Assembly: GCA_023261645.1 (NCBI GenBank)
Contig: JAHFOO010000002.1
Coordinates: 1-63,178 of the forward strand
Direction of reading: 5' to 3'
Source: Candidatus Moraniibacteriota bacterium
GTDB taxonomy: Bacteria > Patescibacteriota > Minisyncoccia > Moranbacterales > UBA1568
DNA length: 63,178 bases
The position numbers and the translations under genes were made by a program. The notes under the pieces are model-generated. The model was given only the letters and a program-made list of their open reading frames with translations. It made no database searches and was not told the DNA's origin. Within the stretch, counting starts at the first letter, position 1. Every line of letters begins with the position of its first letter. Of this stretch, positions 28,515 through 40,164 are shown piece after piece.

Positions 28515-28558
28515 AAGGAGTTGTTAAAAACCTTGACAACTCCTTTTCTCTTTTTCAT
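28515..28558 (+). terminator. intrinsic terminator
   Basis: AAGGAGTTGT/ACAACTCCTT perfect 10-bp stem plus T-rich tail. Confidence 0.7.
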
Positions 28559-28642
28559 TCTTCTCTTTCGTATGTTACAATTATGTCAAGAAGAGGAGGA
28601 TGTGTTCGTATGCCGTGTTTTTTTGTATTTGATTCGCCAATA

Positions 28643-28876
28643 ATGCTTACGCAAAATAACTTCAAAAAATTTTACGCCATATCACTTGCTTGGCAACTGG
28701 GATTTTTCATCGTATTGCCTATCGTTGGATTTCTTTTTCTGGGTTTCTGGGTAGACAAGGCGTTCGGGACAACTCCATTTTTTATGTTGGTTGGCTTGCT
28801 CATCGGAATCGTAGGGAGCGTATATGAAACGTATCACTTGCTTATTCCGCTGATAAGAAATAAGGATGATGCTTAA
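28643..28876 (+). CDS. AtpZ/AtpI-family small membrane protein
   Basis: LGFFIVLPIVG...GFWVDKAFGTTPFF...GLLIG pattern; first gene of the atp operon. Confidence 0.8.
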   Translation: MLTQNNFKKFYAISLAWQLGFFIVLPIVGFLFLGFWVDKAFGTTPFFMLVGLLIGIVGSVYETYHLLIPLIRNKDDA

Positions 28877-29615
28877 TATCAGTTTGCAATCGGAATATAT
28901 CGTCTCGTTGTTCGGAGTTGCTCTCACGAATACGTTCGTGACGTCACTTCTCGTTACATTGCTTCTCGGCAGTCTCGGTATCTTCTTCTTTTTCAAACAA
29001 CGGACACACGAGAATGTGTTGGTGAATGGTATCCGTATACTTATCTATGAACTGCTTCTCCTGACTGATATGGTGACACAAGAGCGCGAGCTGTCAAAAA
29101 AAATCCTACCGCTCATAGCGACATTTTTTCTCTTCATTATCACGGCAAATCTTCTGGCTTTAATTCCGGGTTTTTTCGGATCCTTCTATGTTCAGGAATC
29201 CGCTGGCAGGTTCGCATTGCTCCGCTCCCCGAATAGCGATCTTACGACGACGCTTGCTCTCGCATTGTTTTCAGTGCTTTCAATACAGTTCTTTTCATTT
29301 CATGCCCTTGGTATGAAACGGTATGTGCGTCGTTTTCTCGATCTCACGGGGCCGATCAAATTTCTTCTCGGTTTTTTCGAAATGCTTTCCGAAGGAGTCA
29401 AGATACTCTCATTTTCTTTCCGTCTTTTCGGGAATGTGTTCGCCGGAGAGATATTGTTGTTGGTAATCGCTTTCTTGATACCCTATATCATTCCGTTGCC
29501 ATTTATGTTTCTGGAGGTTTTCGTCGGAATCGTGCAAGCATTCATATTTTCTATGCTGACGCTAGTGTTTATCAAGACGAGCACGATTCGTCATGTTGAA
29601 GTCAAAGCAGATTGA
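28866..29615 (+). CDS. atpB: F0 subunit a
   Basis: RSPNSDL, SFSFRLFGNVFAGE, LEVFVGIVQAFIF. Confidence 0.93.
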   Translation: MMLNISLQSEYIVSLFGVALTNTFVTSLLVTLLLGSLGIFFFFKQRTHENVLVNGIRILIYELLLLTDMVTQERELSKKILPLIATFFLFIITANLLALIPGFFGSFYVQESAGRFALLRSPNSDLTTTLALALFSVLSIQFFSFHALGMKRYVRRFLDLTGPIKFLLGFFEMLSEGVKILSFSFRLFGNVFAGEILLLVIAFLIPYIIPLPFMFLEVFVGIVQAFIFSMLTLVFIKTSTIRHVEVKAD

Positions 29616-29657
29616 GTTTATAATGGAAAAGCAGTTAAATTATAAAGACATAAACAT

Positions 29658-29873
29658 ATGACAGAAAACGCTTCTGCCTTTGCGATTGCTATCGGAACTA
29701 TCGGTCCGGCGATTGCTATCGGCATGATTGGTGCCGCAGCCCTTATCGGTATGGCTCGTAACCCTCAAAACTCTGATAAAATTCAGATCTCGATGATTAT
29801 CGCAATCGCCTTCGCTGAAGCCATCGCTATCTATGCTCTCGTAGTTGCGCTGATATTGAAATTCGTTCCCTAA
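29658..29873 (+). CDS. atpE: F0 subunit c
   Basis: GxGxG helix, ARNP loop, AFAEAIAIY with the ion-binding Glu. Confidence 0.95.
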   Translation: MTENASAFAIAIGTIGPAIAIGMIGAAALIGMARNPQNSDKIQISMIIAIAFAEAIAIYALVVALILKFVP

Positions 29874-29899
29874 TTCGAAGGATTGTAACTTTTTTTCTT

Positions 29900-30283
29900 A
29901 TGCATTTTCTTGGAAGTCTGGGAATCGATTGGAAACTGCTGATCGCACAGATGGTGAATTTCGGATTGTTGCTCTGGTTGTTGAAGAAGTTTTTCTATCA
30001 ACCGATTATTGAACGCATCGAGATTGACGAGAAGACTATGCTGGAGGCTCAGACGCTGAAAGAGTCTTTGGAAAAAGATCGGAAAGCCTTTGCGGTGTAT
30101 CAACAGACCGAAACAACCAAGGTGAAAGAGAGGGCGAGCGAAATCATCAAGGAGGCGGAAAATATTGCCAAAGAACTGGAAGCACGCACATTGAAAGAAG
30201 CTGAGACGGAACGGCAGGCAGTCGTAGCGCAAATTCGATCTCGTTTAGAAGACATTGATCATGCAGAAACAAACAAAAAATAA
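29900..30283 (+). CDS. atpF: F0 subunit b (short, 127 aa)
   Basis: LGIDWKLLIAQMVNFGLLLWLLKKFFYQPI plus coiled coil. Confidence 0.88.
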   Translation: MHFLGSLGIDWKLLIAQMVNFGLLLWLLKKFFYQPIIERIEIDEKTMLEAQTLKESLEKDRKAFAVYQQTETTKVKERASEIIKEAENIAKELEARTLKEAETERQAVVAQIRSRLEDIDHAETNKK

Positions 30284-31721
30284 CACACAGGAAGCCGGAC
30301 ACATTCTGTCTTTTTTTTCAGGTGTCGCCAAACTTACTGGACTGCCACATGTATTTTTGCATGAAGTGCTTGTAGATGTTTCAGGAAAACGTGTGGCCCT
30401 CGTACTCGGTTTCAGACAGAATTTCGTAGAAGCGCTTTTTTTCGATGAATCTTTCGATCTGGAACAGCTCGTGTTCCGGAGCGGTGAACTTTTTTCCGTA
30501 CCGATTGCGGAACATACTATCGGACGGATTACTGATGGCTTCGGTCTGGCTTCGGATGGACTCGGAGATATGACCGGAGAGATGGTGAAGGTGTTCCGAC
30601 AGGCACCGCCTATTTTCGATCGTGAGCCCGTGACAACACCGCTTTCGACCGGTATCAAAATCATCGACACGAGCTTACCTCTCGGCCGAGGTCAACGCGA
30701 ACTGATAATAGGAGATCGAAAACTCGGAAAAAGCACGCTAGCGATAGACATCGTACTGAATCAGAGGCATGTTCAATCTCCGGTTTACTGCATCTATGTG
30801 CTCTGTGGACAGAAAGAAAGCAAAGTACAGGAAGTCGTCGCTCTTTTTGAAAAACACAATGCTTTTTTGTATACGACAGTTGTCGCTTCGACAGCGGGAG
30901 CCTCGTTTGCTGAACAATACTTGGCACCGTTTGTCGGATGTTCGATCGGAGAATATTTCCGTGATCGAGGCAAAGATGTCCTTATTATTTATGATGATCT
31001 TTCCAGTCATGCAAAAGCATACCGCGATATCGCGCTTCTTCTCGAGCGTGCACCAGGACGGGAGGCATATCCCGGAGATGTTTTCTCTCTGCATGCCGGC
31101 CTTCTCGAACGAGCAGCGAAACTTTCAGAAGCGAAAGGAGGAGGATCGTTGACTGCGTTACCGATTGTCGAGACTCAAGAGGGCGACATCACTTCTTTTA
31201 TACCGACAAACATAATCTCTATTACGGATGGGCAAATCTATCTGGAACGCGATCTTTTCGAGAAAGGATATTTTCCGGCTATCAACATCGGTCTATCAGT
31301 TTCCCGTATCGGTTCTCAGGCGCAACCAAAAGTATTGAGGAGTGTGGTGGGCGGTATCCGGCTAGGACTGTCTCAACACAAAGAACTGATGAAACTGACG
31401 CAACTTGAGACAGTGGTGAGCGATGAAGCAAAAGAAAAGATTCATCATGGTGAACTGATTCTTGAGTTATTGAAACAGCGGAAGCATACGAATGTCTCTT
31501 GGCCGGAACAAGTTATTTTGTTCTATACTATCAAAGCCGGACTTTTCGATGATATCGAGAAGGAGAAATGGAGCAGTTTTGAGACGCTTCTCTTGGAGTT
31601 GATTCGAAGTGTGTATCCGATTGTTCTTGAGGAGATCGAAATGGACGCATTCGATGCTGTTATCAAAAATAAAATCAAGCAGATTACCGAAGACTTCAAA
31701 CAAGAATTTGAACAACACTAG
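30255..31721 (+). CDS. atpA: F1 subunit alpha (divergent, short N-terminus)
   Basis: GRGQRELIIGDRKLGKS, ERAPGREAYPGDVFSLH, PTNIISITDGQIYL, SVSRIG. Confidence 0.95.
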   Translation: MIMQKQTKNNTQEAGHILSFFSGVAKLTGLPHVFLHEVLVDVSGKRVALVLGFRQNFVEALFFDESFDLEQLVFRSGELFSVPIAEHTIGRITDGFGLASDGLGDMTGEMVKVFRQAPPIFDREPVTTPLSTGIKIIDTSLPLGRGQRELIIGDRKLGKSTLAIDIVLNQRHVQSPVYCIYVLCGQKESKVQEVVALFEKHNAFLYTTVVASTAGASFAEQYLAPFVGCSIGEYFRDRGKDVLIIYDDLSSHAKAYRDIALLLERAPGREAYPGDVFSLHAGLLERAAKLSEAKGGGSLTALPIVETQEGDITSFIPTNIISITDGQIYLERDLFEKGYFPAINIGLSVSRIGSQAQPKVLRSVVGGIRLGLSQHKELMKLTQLETVVSDEAKEKIHHGELILELLKQRKHTNVSWPEQVILFYTIKAGLFDDIEKEKWSSFETLLLELIRSVYPIVLEEIEMDAFDAVIKNKIKQITEDFKQEFEQH

Positions 31722-31724
31722 GCT

Positions 31725-32558
31725 ATGCAGAATTCATTCTCATATAAGGATCAGATAAGCGGATTTCAGAATGTTTCTGAAACTGTGAAGGTTATCGAAA
31801 AGATAGCTGCTTCTTCCGTACATCGCCTCAAGGAAGACGTGCATTGCCTGAAGGAATATACGACCGAATTGGAACTGACGCTTGAAAAATTATCATTGTC
31901 GTATGAGGAACACGAGCATTCTTTTCTCAAACAGCATACCTCTGGCAAGAAAGCATTGATTCTTTTGACCGGAGACCGCGGTCTCGTCGGCGGTTTATGG
32001 CATATGTTGATCAATACATTTCTCGACCATGCATCGGAATATCAGACGTTCATAGTGATTGGCGCTAAAGGTGAATACTATCTGCGTGAAGAAGATATTA
32101 TGATTGAACGGACATTTTCCAGCGCATCGGATGTCGATCAGATGACTGAATATATTTTTTCTGCCTTCGAACAAGGACGCTTTTCTCATGTTGATGTCCT
32201 GTATCCTGAATTTTTTTCTTTGGCCGATCAGAAGCCTCGTCTCGTCCAATTCCTGCCATTCGTATTCGCACAGAAAAAACAGGAAACGGATGATGATGTT
32301 TCATCGGGACTGCAGACCTTCGAACCATCAAAAAGTAAAATTTTCAGTTGGTTCCTGTTGCGGTATATCGAGACATCTTTCCGCAAGCTCTTTATGGAAA
32401 CAAAACTCTCTGAACTTTCTGCAAGAATGATTACCTCGGAACGAGCCAGTACCAAGACGGAAGAATTGATACAACGACTCACGCTTCAAAATATGAAAGA
32501 ACGTCGTCGTATACTCACACAAAAACAGCTTGAAAGTTTTACTGTTCATATGTTGTAG
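31725..32558 (+). CDS. atpG: F1 subunit gamma
   Basis: LTGDRGLVGG, SELSARM, RRRILTQ; between alpha and beta. Confidence 0.88.
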   Translation: MQNSFSYKDQISGFQNVSETVKVIEKIAASSVHRLKEDVHCLKEYTTELELTLEKLSLSYEEHEHSFLKQHTSGKKALILLTGDRGLVGGLWHMLINTFLDHASEYQTFIVIGAKGEYYLREEDIMIERTFSSASDVDQMTEYIFSAFEQGRFSHVDVLYPEFFSLADQKPRLVQFLPFVFAQKKQETDDDVSSGLQTFEPSKSKIFSWFLLRYIETSFRKLFMETKLSELSARMITSERASTKTEELIQRLTLQNMKERRRILTQKQLESFTVHML

Positions 32559-34186
<1,628 letters not shown>

Positions 34187-34280
34187 GCGAGATCGAATCT
34201 GTACAGCGAACAGAGATCATTTCTCGAAAAAAACTCTCCTTTCAAAGAGAGTTTTTTTGTAGATTCAGAGAGCGAGTCTG

Positions 34281-34580
34281 TTATTTCTTGGCTTTCGTCA
34301 TTTTTTCCGGGATGACGTTGACAAATGTTCGCAAAGCGAGTTTTCCTGTGAAATCTTTCATTTTCTTCGACTGAAACTCCACAATGCCATTCACGAGAGC
34401 AAAAAGAGTATCGTCTTCACCACGTTTCACGTTTCTTCCTGGGTGGAATTTGGTGCCACGCTGACGGACGATGATATTGGATGTTTCGACTGTTTGACCA
34501 CCATAAATCTTGACGCCAAGACGTTTGGAAATCGAATCACGGCCGAGGGCGGTAGTTCCGCCTGCTTTTTTATGTGCCAT
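34281..34580 (-). CDS. rpmA: 50S ribosomal protein bL27
   Basis: MAHKKAGG...[11 protein letters not shown]...[10 protein letters not shown]. Confidence 0.97.
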   Translation of the reverse strand: MAHKKAGGTTALGRDSISKRLGVKIYGGQTVETSNIIVRQRGTKFHPGRNVKRGEDDTLFALVNGIVEFQSKKMKDFTGKLALRTFVNVIPEKMTKAKK

Positions 34581-34624
34581 ACGAGGAGAGCTTACAAATT
34601 ACCGATGATTTGATATACTGAATG

Positions 34625-34653
34625 AATATAGCAATAATAGACGGCTTTGTCAA
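34625..34653 (-). promoter_or_regulatory. sigma70-type promoter of rpmA
   Basis: Minus strand TTGACA-17 nt-TATATT. Confidence 0.65.
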
Positions 34654-34738
34654 TCCCGCACTGATTTTCTGTTTAAGCTCAAGTGTATGATAATATCTAT
34701 GGAGACTGGGGGATTTAATAAAAATTAGTGTGGGACCA

Positions 34739-35164
34739 ATGTTTCATTTCACTTTTTTTCATAATGGGAAAGACTGGCTGATAAGCCATCGGAAGAATCT
34801 GTTTCTTTTGGCGGGTATTTCTGTTTTTGGAACACTTACCTTTGAAAGTGGTTTTTTACGAGGAGAAATCTCTCAATCCAAACCACTTGTCGTATCGATT
34901 CCCGCATTGATAGAGCCATCTGGTACAACTGATACAGCTGGTCCTCGTCAAGAGGTGGAGGCAGGAGGAGTAGAGAGAGTCGCCTCACAATCAAACGAGA
35001 AACAGGTTGTCGGAAGTTGCCCTTTGGTAGGAAGTCGTAATTCGAACAAGTATCATCTTTCTACGTGCGCCGTTGCCAAAAGGATCAAGCCGGAAAACAA
35101 AGTGTGCTTTTCATCGAAAGAAGATGCTGAGAAACGTGGTTATATCGCCGGCTGTGTGAAATAA
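34739..35164 (+). CDS. membrane-anchored protein with a C-terminal Ada-like metal-binding domain
   Basis: One TM; VGSRNSNKYHLSTC...CFSSKEDAEKRGY..C. Confidence 0.78.
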   Translation: MFHFTFFHNGKDWLISHRKNLFLLAGISVFGTLTFESGFLRGEISQSKPLVVSIPALIEPSGTTDTAGPRQEVEAGGVERVASQSNEKQVVGSCPLVGSRNSNKYHLSTCAVAKRIKPENKVCFSSKEDAEKRGYIAGCVK

Positions 35165-35244
35165 TTGTAGGAAAGATGGAAGGAGTGTGTCTGCTCGCAA
35201 GAGAATACTTTTTGTGACATAATAGGAGAGGATAAAACAAAAAA

Positions 35245-36432
35245 ATGCACAAAGAAAAGCTTAATTATAAGAAGGTACATCTCATCAGCATCATCTCCTT
35301 TCTGCTTGGTTTCGTTGATGCCTTCTGGATTTATACGCTTTCGACATATTTTTCGGAAATTTCCGGTACGGATAATGTGAGTATTTTTTACTTCACCGCT
35401 TTTACGGGCGTACTCATTTCCCTTTTTTATCTGCAATCGCTTATTCGTCGAATCGGAAGGGCAAGAATGCTCTATTTTTCACTTGGATTGACGATTCTTC
35501 TCAGTGTGCTCCTGACGCGTCTTCCTGCAACATGGCTTTCTGTTCTTGTCGTCCTCTTATTCATTGTAGCGAATGGTACCGTGTGGGTATCGCTTGATGT
35601 CTTGCTCGAAGGATTTTCATCTGATGGAATGGCTGGAAGGATCCGAGGGCTTTATCTGACTATTATGAATACCGGTATTCTTGTCGCTCCATTTCTCGCA
35701 TCCAAAGTATTGAATCATTTTCGCTTTGAAGGAATATTTTTCGTTATCAGTGTCGGATATATGATCGTTTTCCTGATTTCACTCCTCGGATTTCGTAATG
35801 ACAATGTGATTCCCCGTGAGAGTTTGAAGCCGTGGCAAACGATACGAAAGATGATGCGTGAGAAAAACCTTCTCTATATATACTGCATTTCCTTCGCTAT
35901 GGAATTTTTCTATGCTTTGATGATTGTCTATACGCCAATCTATCTTCTTAACCTTGGTTTTTCATGGGATCAGATCGGTATCATTTTTACAATTATGCTC
36001 ATCCCATTCGTACTTTTGGAATATCCTCTCGGTATTATAGCCGACCGGCATCTGGGGGAGAAGGAATTGCTCATCGTGAGCATTATGATAGTCATTTTTT
36101 CGACAAGTCTGTTACCGTTCATCGGCCCGCACAGTCTGTGGATATGGGCAAGCATACTCTTTATGACACGTGTCGGAATCGCAGGTATTGAGGTGTTGCG
36201 TGACGCTTACTTCTATAAACAGATAGATGGGGATGATTCGGATGTCATAGCCTTTTTCCGTACTTCACGACCGGTAGCCAATATCATCGGAGCTGGTATT
36301 TCCGCCATGGCACTTCTTTTTTGGCCACTCCAAAGTGTTTTTTTTATCATCGTTGTTGTGATGATTTTTGCTCTCGTTATCGCTCTTTTCCTCGAAGATA
36401 CGGAGAGCGAACGGGAAGCCTCGAGACGGTAA
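35245..36432 (+). CDS. MFS transporter
   Basis: About 12 TM segments; GIIADRHLGEK loop motif. Confidence 0.88.
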   Translation: MHKEKLNYKKVHLISIISFLLGFVDAFWIYTLSTYFSEISGTDNVSIFYFTAFTGVLISLFYLQSLIRRIGRARMLYFSLGLTILLSVLLTRLPATWLSVLVVLLFIVANGTVWVSLDVLLEGFSSDGMAGRIRGLYLTIMNTGILVAPFLASKVLNHFRFEGIFFVISVGYMIVFLISLLGFRNDNVIPRESLKPWQTIRKMMREKNLLYIYCISFAMEFFYALMIVYTPIYLLNLGFSWDQIGIIFTIMLIPFVLLEYPLGIIADRHLGEKELLIVSIMIVIFSTSLLPFIGPHSLWIWASILFMTRVGIAGIEVLRDAYFYKQIDGDDSDVIAFFRTSRPVANIIGAGISAMALLFWPLQSVFFIIVVVMIFALVIALFLEDTESEREASRR

Positions 36433-36633
36433 GAAACGCCGAAATGTTTCTTGTTTGGAGAATGAGCCAAAAAATGTTAAAATAAGGAAGAAATGAGAGT
36501 CGTATTTTCCGGTTTCGTTGTGCTCAAGAGAGAGATTTCAGCTGAGTCCGAAGGGAAGCGACAATCGAAGAGGTAGGAGGAGAATAAAAAAATGACTGAA
36601 TTTCTATGGCTCGCAAGAGAGTCGTCGGAGTTC
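36433..36633. repeat. ~200-nt foldback (rod) element between the MFS gene and scpA
   Basis: Nested stems CCGA/TCGG, TCTTG/CAAGA, GAGCC/GGCTC, AGAAAT/ATTTCT, AGTC/GACT, TATTTTCC/GGAGAATA, TTCG/CGAA, TTGT/ACAA, GCT/AGC. Confidence 0.7.
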
Positions 36634-36646
36634 CTCTGATCTTTGT

Positions 36647-37354
36647 ATGGCTTATCAAATACATTTAGAACAATTCGAAGGACCGCTTGACCTTCTATTG
36701 TCTCTCATCGAAAAAGAGAAACTTGATATCACACATGTGAGTCTCGCAAAAGTTGCTGACCAGTATCTGGAATATCTCAAAGGGGAAGAAACTATTACGC
36801 TGTATAATCTCGCATCGTTCCTTTCCATCGCAGCACGTCTTCTTCTCATCAAATCACGGGCTCTCCTTCCGATTCTCGAGTTCAGTGATGAGGAAGAAGA
36901 ATCGATGGATGATTTGGAAGTGCGCTTGAAAGAATATAAACGTTTCCGTGAAGTGGCCCTGAAGTTGGATGTGTCACTTCGTCGTGGACGAAGCGCTCAT
37001 GCGAGGGAAAGCTTTTTGGGAACACAGGTAGTATTCTACCCACCGAGAGGATTGACGGTTGCGGATCTGCATTTTCACTTTACGGATGTACTTGGAGAGA
37101 TTCCTATACTTGAGATACTGCCGGAGAAAGAGATACAAGCAGTCATCACATTGGAAGAGAGAATTATCGAATTGAAGCGAACACTGACGGAACGAGCGGA
37201 GACTTCTTTCGCTGATCTGATTCGTTTGAGTACGGATCGGATCGAGGTCATCGTTTCATTCCTTGCCATCCTTGAAATGGTGAAACAGCGTGTCGTTTTC
37301 GTGCATCAAGAAAAGGTTTGGAGTGATATCCGTATCAATCGTTTTGCCTCATAA
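36647..37354 (+). CDS. scpA: segregation/condensation protein A
   Basis: FEGPLDLLLSLI, RLLLIKSRALLP, FLAILEMVK. Confidence 0.95.
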   Translation: MAYQIHLEQFEGPLDLLLSLIEKEKLDITHVSLAKVADQYLEYLKGEETITLYNLASFLSIAARLLLIKSRALLPILEFSDEEEESMDDLEVRLKEYKRFREVALKLDVSLRRGRSAHARESFLGTQVVFYPPRGLTVADLHFHFTDVLGEIPILEILPEKEIQAVITLEERIIELKRTLTERAETSFADLIRLSTDRIEVIVSFLAILEMVKQRVVFVHQEKVWSDIRINRFAS

Positions 37355-37359
37355 AGAAT

Positions 37360-37983
37360 ATGCCCTCCACACATCTTATATCAGCTTTGGAATCCGTATT
37401 GTTCATAAGTGGTGAACCGCTTGCTTCTGTGCGTCTGGCGAAGATCATAGGCACCGATGAGTCGACGGTGACCGATTTGCTTCAAGTGCTTATGGAGAGA
37501 TATGCCAATGATGAGACGTGCGGACTGATGCTTATTGTGAAGGATAGCAAAGTGACACTGGCTACCAAGCCGGAAAATGCCATATTCGTTGAGGCGTTGA
37601 CCAAAAGTTCTCTCCAAGAAAATCTCAGTAAAGCCGCTCTTGAAGTACTTTCTATCGTCGCTTATCGTTCACCAATTTCCCGTGCCGAGATTGAGGCTAT
37701 CCGCGGTGTCAATTGTAGTTTTACATTACGTAATCTTCTTCTCCGCGATCTTATCGAACGACAAGATAATCCCGATGATCAGAGAGAATATGTGTATTTC
37801 CCGACATTTCGTCTTCTGGAATCTCTCGGATTACAGAGTACGGGAGACCTTCCTGATTACCAGACATTGTCCGTCGATGAACGTTTGAAAATGATTACAG
37901 ACCTGCCTGAAATAGCACGGATGGGAGAGAAAAATCAGACAGGACAAGAGAAGAGTGATCGAGAAAATGAAATAAAAGAATAA
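37360..37983 (+). CDS. scpB: segregation/condensation protein B
   Basis: LESVLFISGEP, LSKAALEVLSIVAYRSPISRAEIEAIRGVN. Confidence 0.95.
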   Translation: MPSTHLISALESVLFISGEPLASVRLAKIIGTDESTVTDLLQVLMERYANDETCGLMLIVKDSKVTLATKPENAIFVEALTKSSLQENLSKAALEVLSIVAYRSPISRAEIEAIRGVNCSFTLRNLLLRDLIERQDNPDDQREYVYFPTFRLLESLGLQSTGDLPDYQTLSVDERLKMITDLPEIARMGEKNQTGQEKSDRENEIKE

Positions 37984-37988
37984 AGAGT

Positions 37989-39017
37989 ATGCGGAAATCA
38001 ATCATTTTTTTGTCTGCAATCGGAATCATCTCCGTTCTTCTTATAGGCAATGGAGCTCATTTTTCTGCACGTGGAGAAAGTTTGCTTCATTTTTTCTCTA
38101 ATGATAAAGGGCGCTTTTCAGATTCTCCGGATGGTTTGAATTGGGTTGAAAGAGCACCTTTTGTTACAGAAGACCGTAGTCTGACGAGCGGATTCGTTCC
38201 GGAATTGAAGCTTTATGCTCCGCATCTGAGTATTCCGTCGGCACATGCCTCGGTCATTTTGGATGTCGATTCAGGAAAAATACTCTATGCGCAGAATGCC
38301 GATGCCGAACGACAGATAGCCTCTCTTACGAAACTCTTTACTGCTACCATCGTGATGGAACGTATCAAGAATCTCGATGAACTTGTGACAATTGATGAGG
38401 AAGCCGTGTATGCGGAGGGTACCCGTATCGGCTGTCCACGTTCCGGTTTCTGTAACGGGGAGCGTCTCAAAGTGGGGGAACAGCTGGCTGCACGTGATCT
38501 TCTGAAAGCGGCACTTATGAATAGCGCCAATGACTCGGCTATCGCCTTGGGCAAACATATCGGCAAGACGCAGGACGGCTTTGCGAGTATTATGAATGAA
38601 CGAGCCAAAGAATTGGGATTGACGCACACACATTTTTGTACGCCGTCAGGATTGGAGCCTGATGGACGTGAATCAGAATGTTACTCTTCCGCACTCGATG
38701 TGGCGAAAATCGCCGCTCATGCTCTGGAGTTTCCAAAATTATGGGAAATTATGCGCTTGGACAAACAAACCATCACTTCTTCCGATGGGAAATGGAGCCA
38801 CGAACTTTTCAATACGGATCAGCTCCTCGGTCAATTGCCGAATCTTATCGGAACGAAGACGGGATTCACACCTTTGGCAGGGTATTCTCTTTTGGCAGTA
38901 GCGACGGATCAGAGTCAGAAGCATAGAGTTGTTGCTGTTTTGCTCGATGACCCGTATCGTTGGCAGAACATCCAATCGATGTTCGGTTGGAGTTTTCAGG
39001 CAATTGATTGGAAATAA
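37989..39017 (+). CDS. serine D-alanyl-D-alanine carboxypeptidase (peptidase S11)
   Basis: ASLTK (SxxK), SAND (SxN), KTG motifs. Confidence 0.9.
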   Translation: MRKSIIFLSAIGIISVLLIGNGAHFSARGESLLHFFSNDKGRFSDSPDGLNWVERAPFVTEDRSLTSGFVPELKLYAPHLSIPSAHASVILDVDSGKILYAQNADAERQIASLTKLFTATIVMERIKNLDELVTIDEEAVYAEGTRIGCPRSGFCNGERLKVGEQLAARDLLKAALMNSANDSAIALGKHIGKTQDGFASIMNERAKELGLTHTHFCTPSGLEPDGRESECYSSALDVAKIAAHALEFPKLWEIMRLDKQTITSSDGKWSHELFNTDQLLGQLPNLIGTKTGFTPLAGYSLLAVATDQSQKHRVVAVLLDDPYRWQNIQSMFGWSFQAIDWK

Positions 39018-39028
39018 AAAATGAAAGT

Positions 39029-40144
39029 ATGGATGTTCAAGTTTCACAGATACAAAGTATTCCCTTGGTGATCAACATCCTTAAGGTTCTTACGACCGGA
39101 TTTCTGGCATTTTTTCTGGCATTTTTCCTTACACCACTTTGGACACACATCTTGTTCAAGTATAAGATCGGTATCAAAATCAAGGAGAAATCCGTTGATG
39201 GTAATCAGTTGACATTCGTCAATAAGCTCCACGCACGCAAACAAGGAACGCCGACGATGGGTGGTGTCATCGTGTGGGTGGCAGTACTTCTTTTGGTGCT
39301 CTTATCACATTATATTTTTCCATTTATCGCAGAATGGACCGGTATGAACTTCATCGCGCGTCTGGATTTTTTCAGTCGTGCTCAAGTGTGGTTACCTCTC
39401 TTCGCATTGGTGACAGCAGGTATTTTGGGATTGTTTGATGACTATATGAGTGTCCGTGGGTGTGGCACCAACAAGGGTGGCGGTATGCGCTTCGCATTTC
39501 GTTTTTGGTGGCTCTTTGTGATTGCCGGAGCAGGAGCTTGGTGGTTCTACTCGAAACTTGGCTGGGATCGTATCCATATTCCGGCTATCGGCGACTTCTC
39601 CATCGGCCTGTGGTATATCCCGCTTTTTATTTCCATTATTCTTTTCACGGCTATTTCTTCCAACGAAACTGACGGTTTAGACGGTCTTGACGGAGGCGTA
39701 CTTCTTACCGCTTTCAGTTCATTCATATTGATTTCTTTCTTGCAGAACAAGATTGATTTGGCAGCATTCTGCGCCGCTATTGCCGGAGCACTTTTGGCTT
39801 TTCTCTGGTTCAATATCTATCCCGCACGTTTTTTTATGGGTGATACCGGAGCCATATCGCTCGGTACGACGCTCGGTGTCGTGGCGATGCTCACCAACTC
39901 TTCTTTGATTCTTTTTATCATCGTATTCATCTATGTTCTCGAGTCAGGAAGTGCTGCCATACAGTTATTCAGCAAGCGTTTCTTCGGACGTAAGGTTTTT
40001 CTCGCAGCACCGCTCCATCATCATTTCGAGGCCAAAGGATGGGTTGAACCGAAGATTGTTATGCGAGCATGGATTTTCACGGCATTTACCGCCTTGATCG
40101 GACTTATAATCGGCATCCTGGGTATGGGAAGATTACACTTCTAA
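39029..40144 (+). CDS. mraY: phospho-N-acetylmuramoyl-pentapeptide transferase
   Basis: KQGTPTMGG, GLFDDY, NETDGLDGL, FMGDTG, APLHHHFE. Confidence 0.96.
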   Translation: MDVQVSQIQSIPLVINILKVLTTGFLAFFLAFFLTPLWTHILFKYKIGIKIKEKSVDGNQLTFVNKLHARKQGTPTMGGVIVWVAVLLLVLLSHYIFPFIAEWTGMNFIARLDFFSRAQVWLPLFALVTAGILGLFDDYMSVRGCGTNKGGGMRFAFRFWWLFVIAGAGAWWFYSKLGWDRIHIPAIGDFSIGLWYIPLFISIILFTAISSNETDGLDGLDGGVLLTAFSSFILISFLQNKIDLAAFCAAIAGALLAFLWFNIYPARFFMGDTGAISLGTTLGVVAMLTNSSLILFIIVFIYVLESGSAAIQLFSKRFFGRKVFLAAPLHHHFEAKGWVEPKIVMRAWIFTAFTALIGLIIGILGMGRLHF

Positions 40145-40164
40145 TTCTTCTAATTTTAAAAAAT

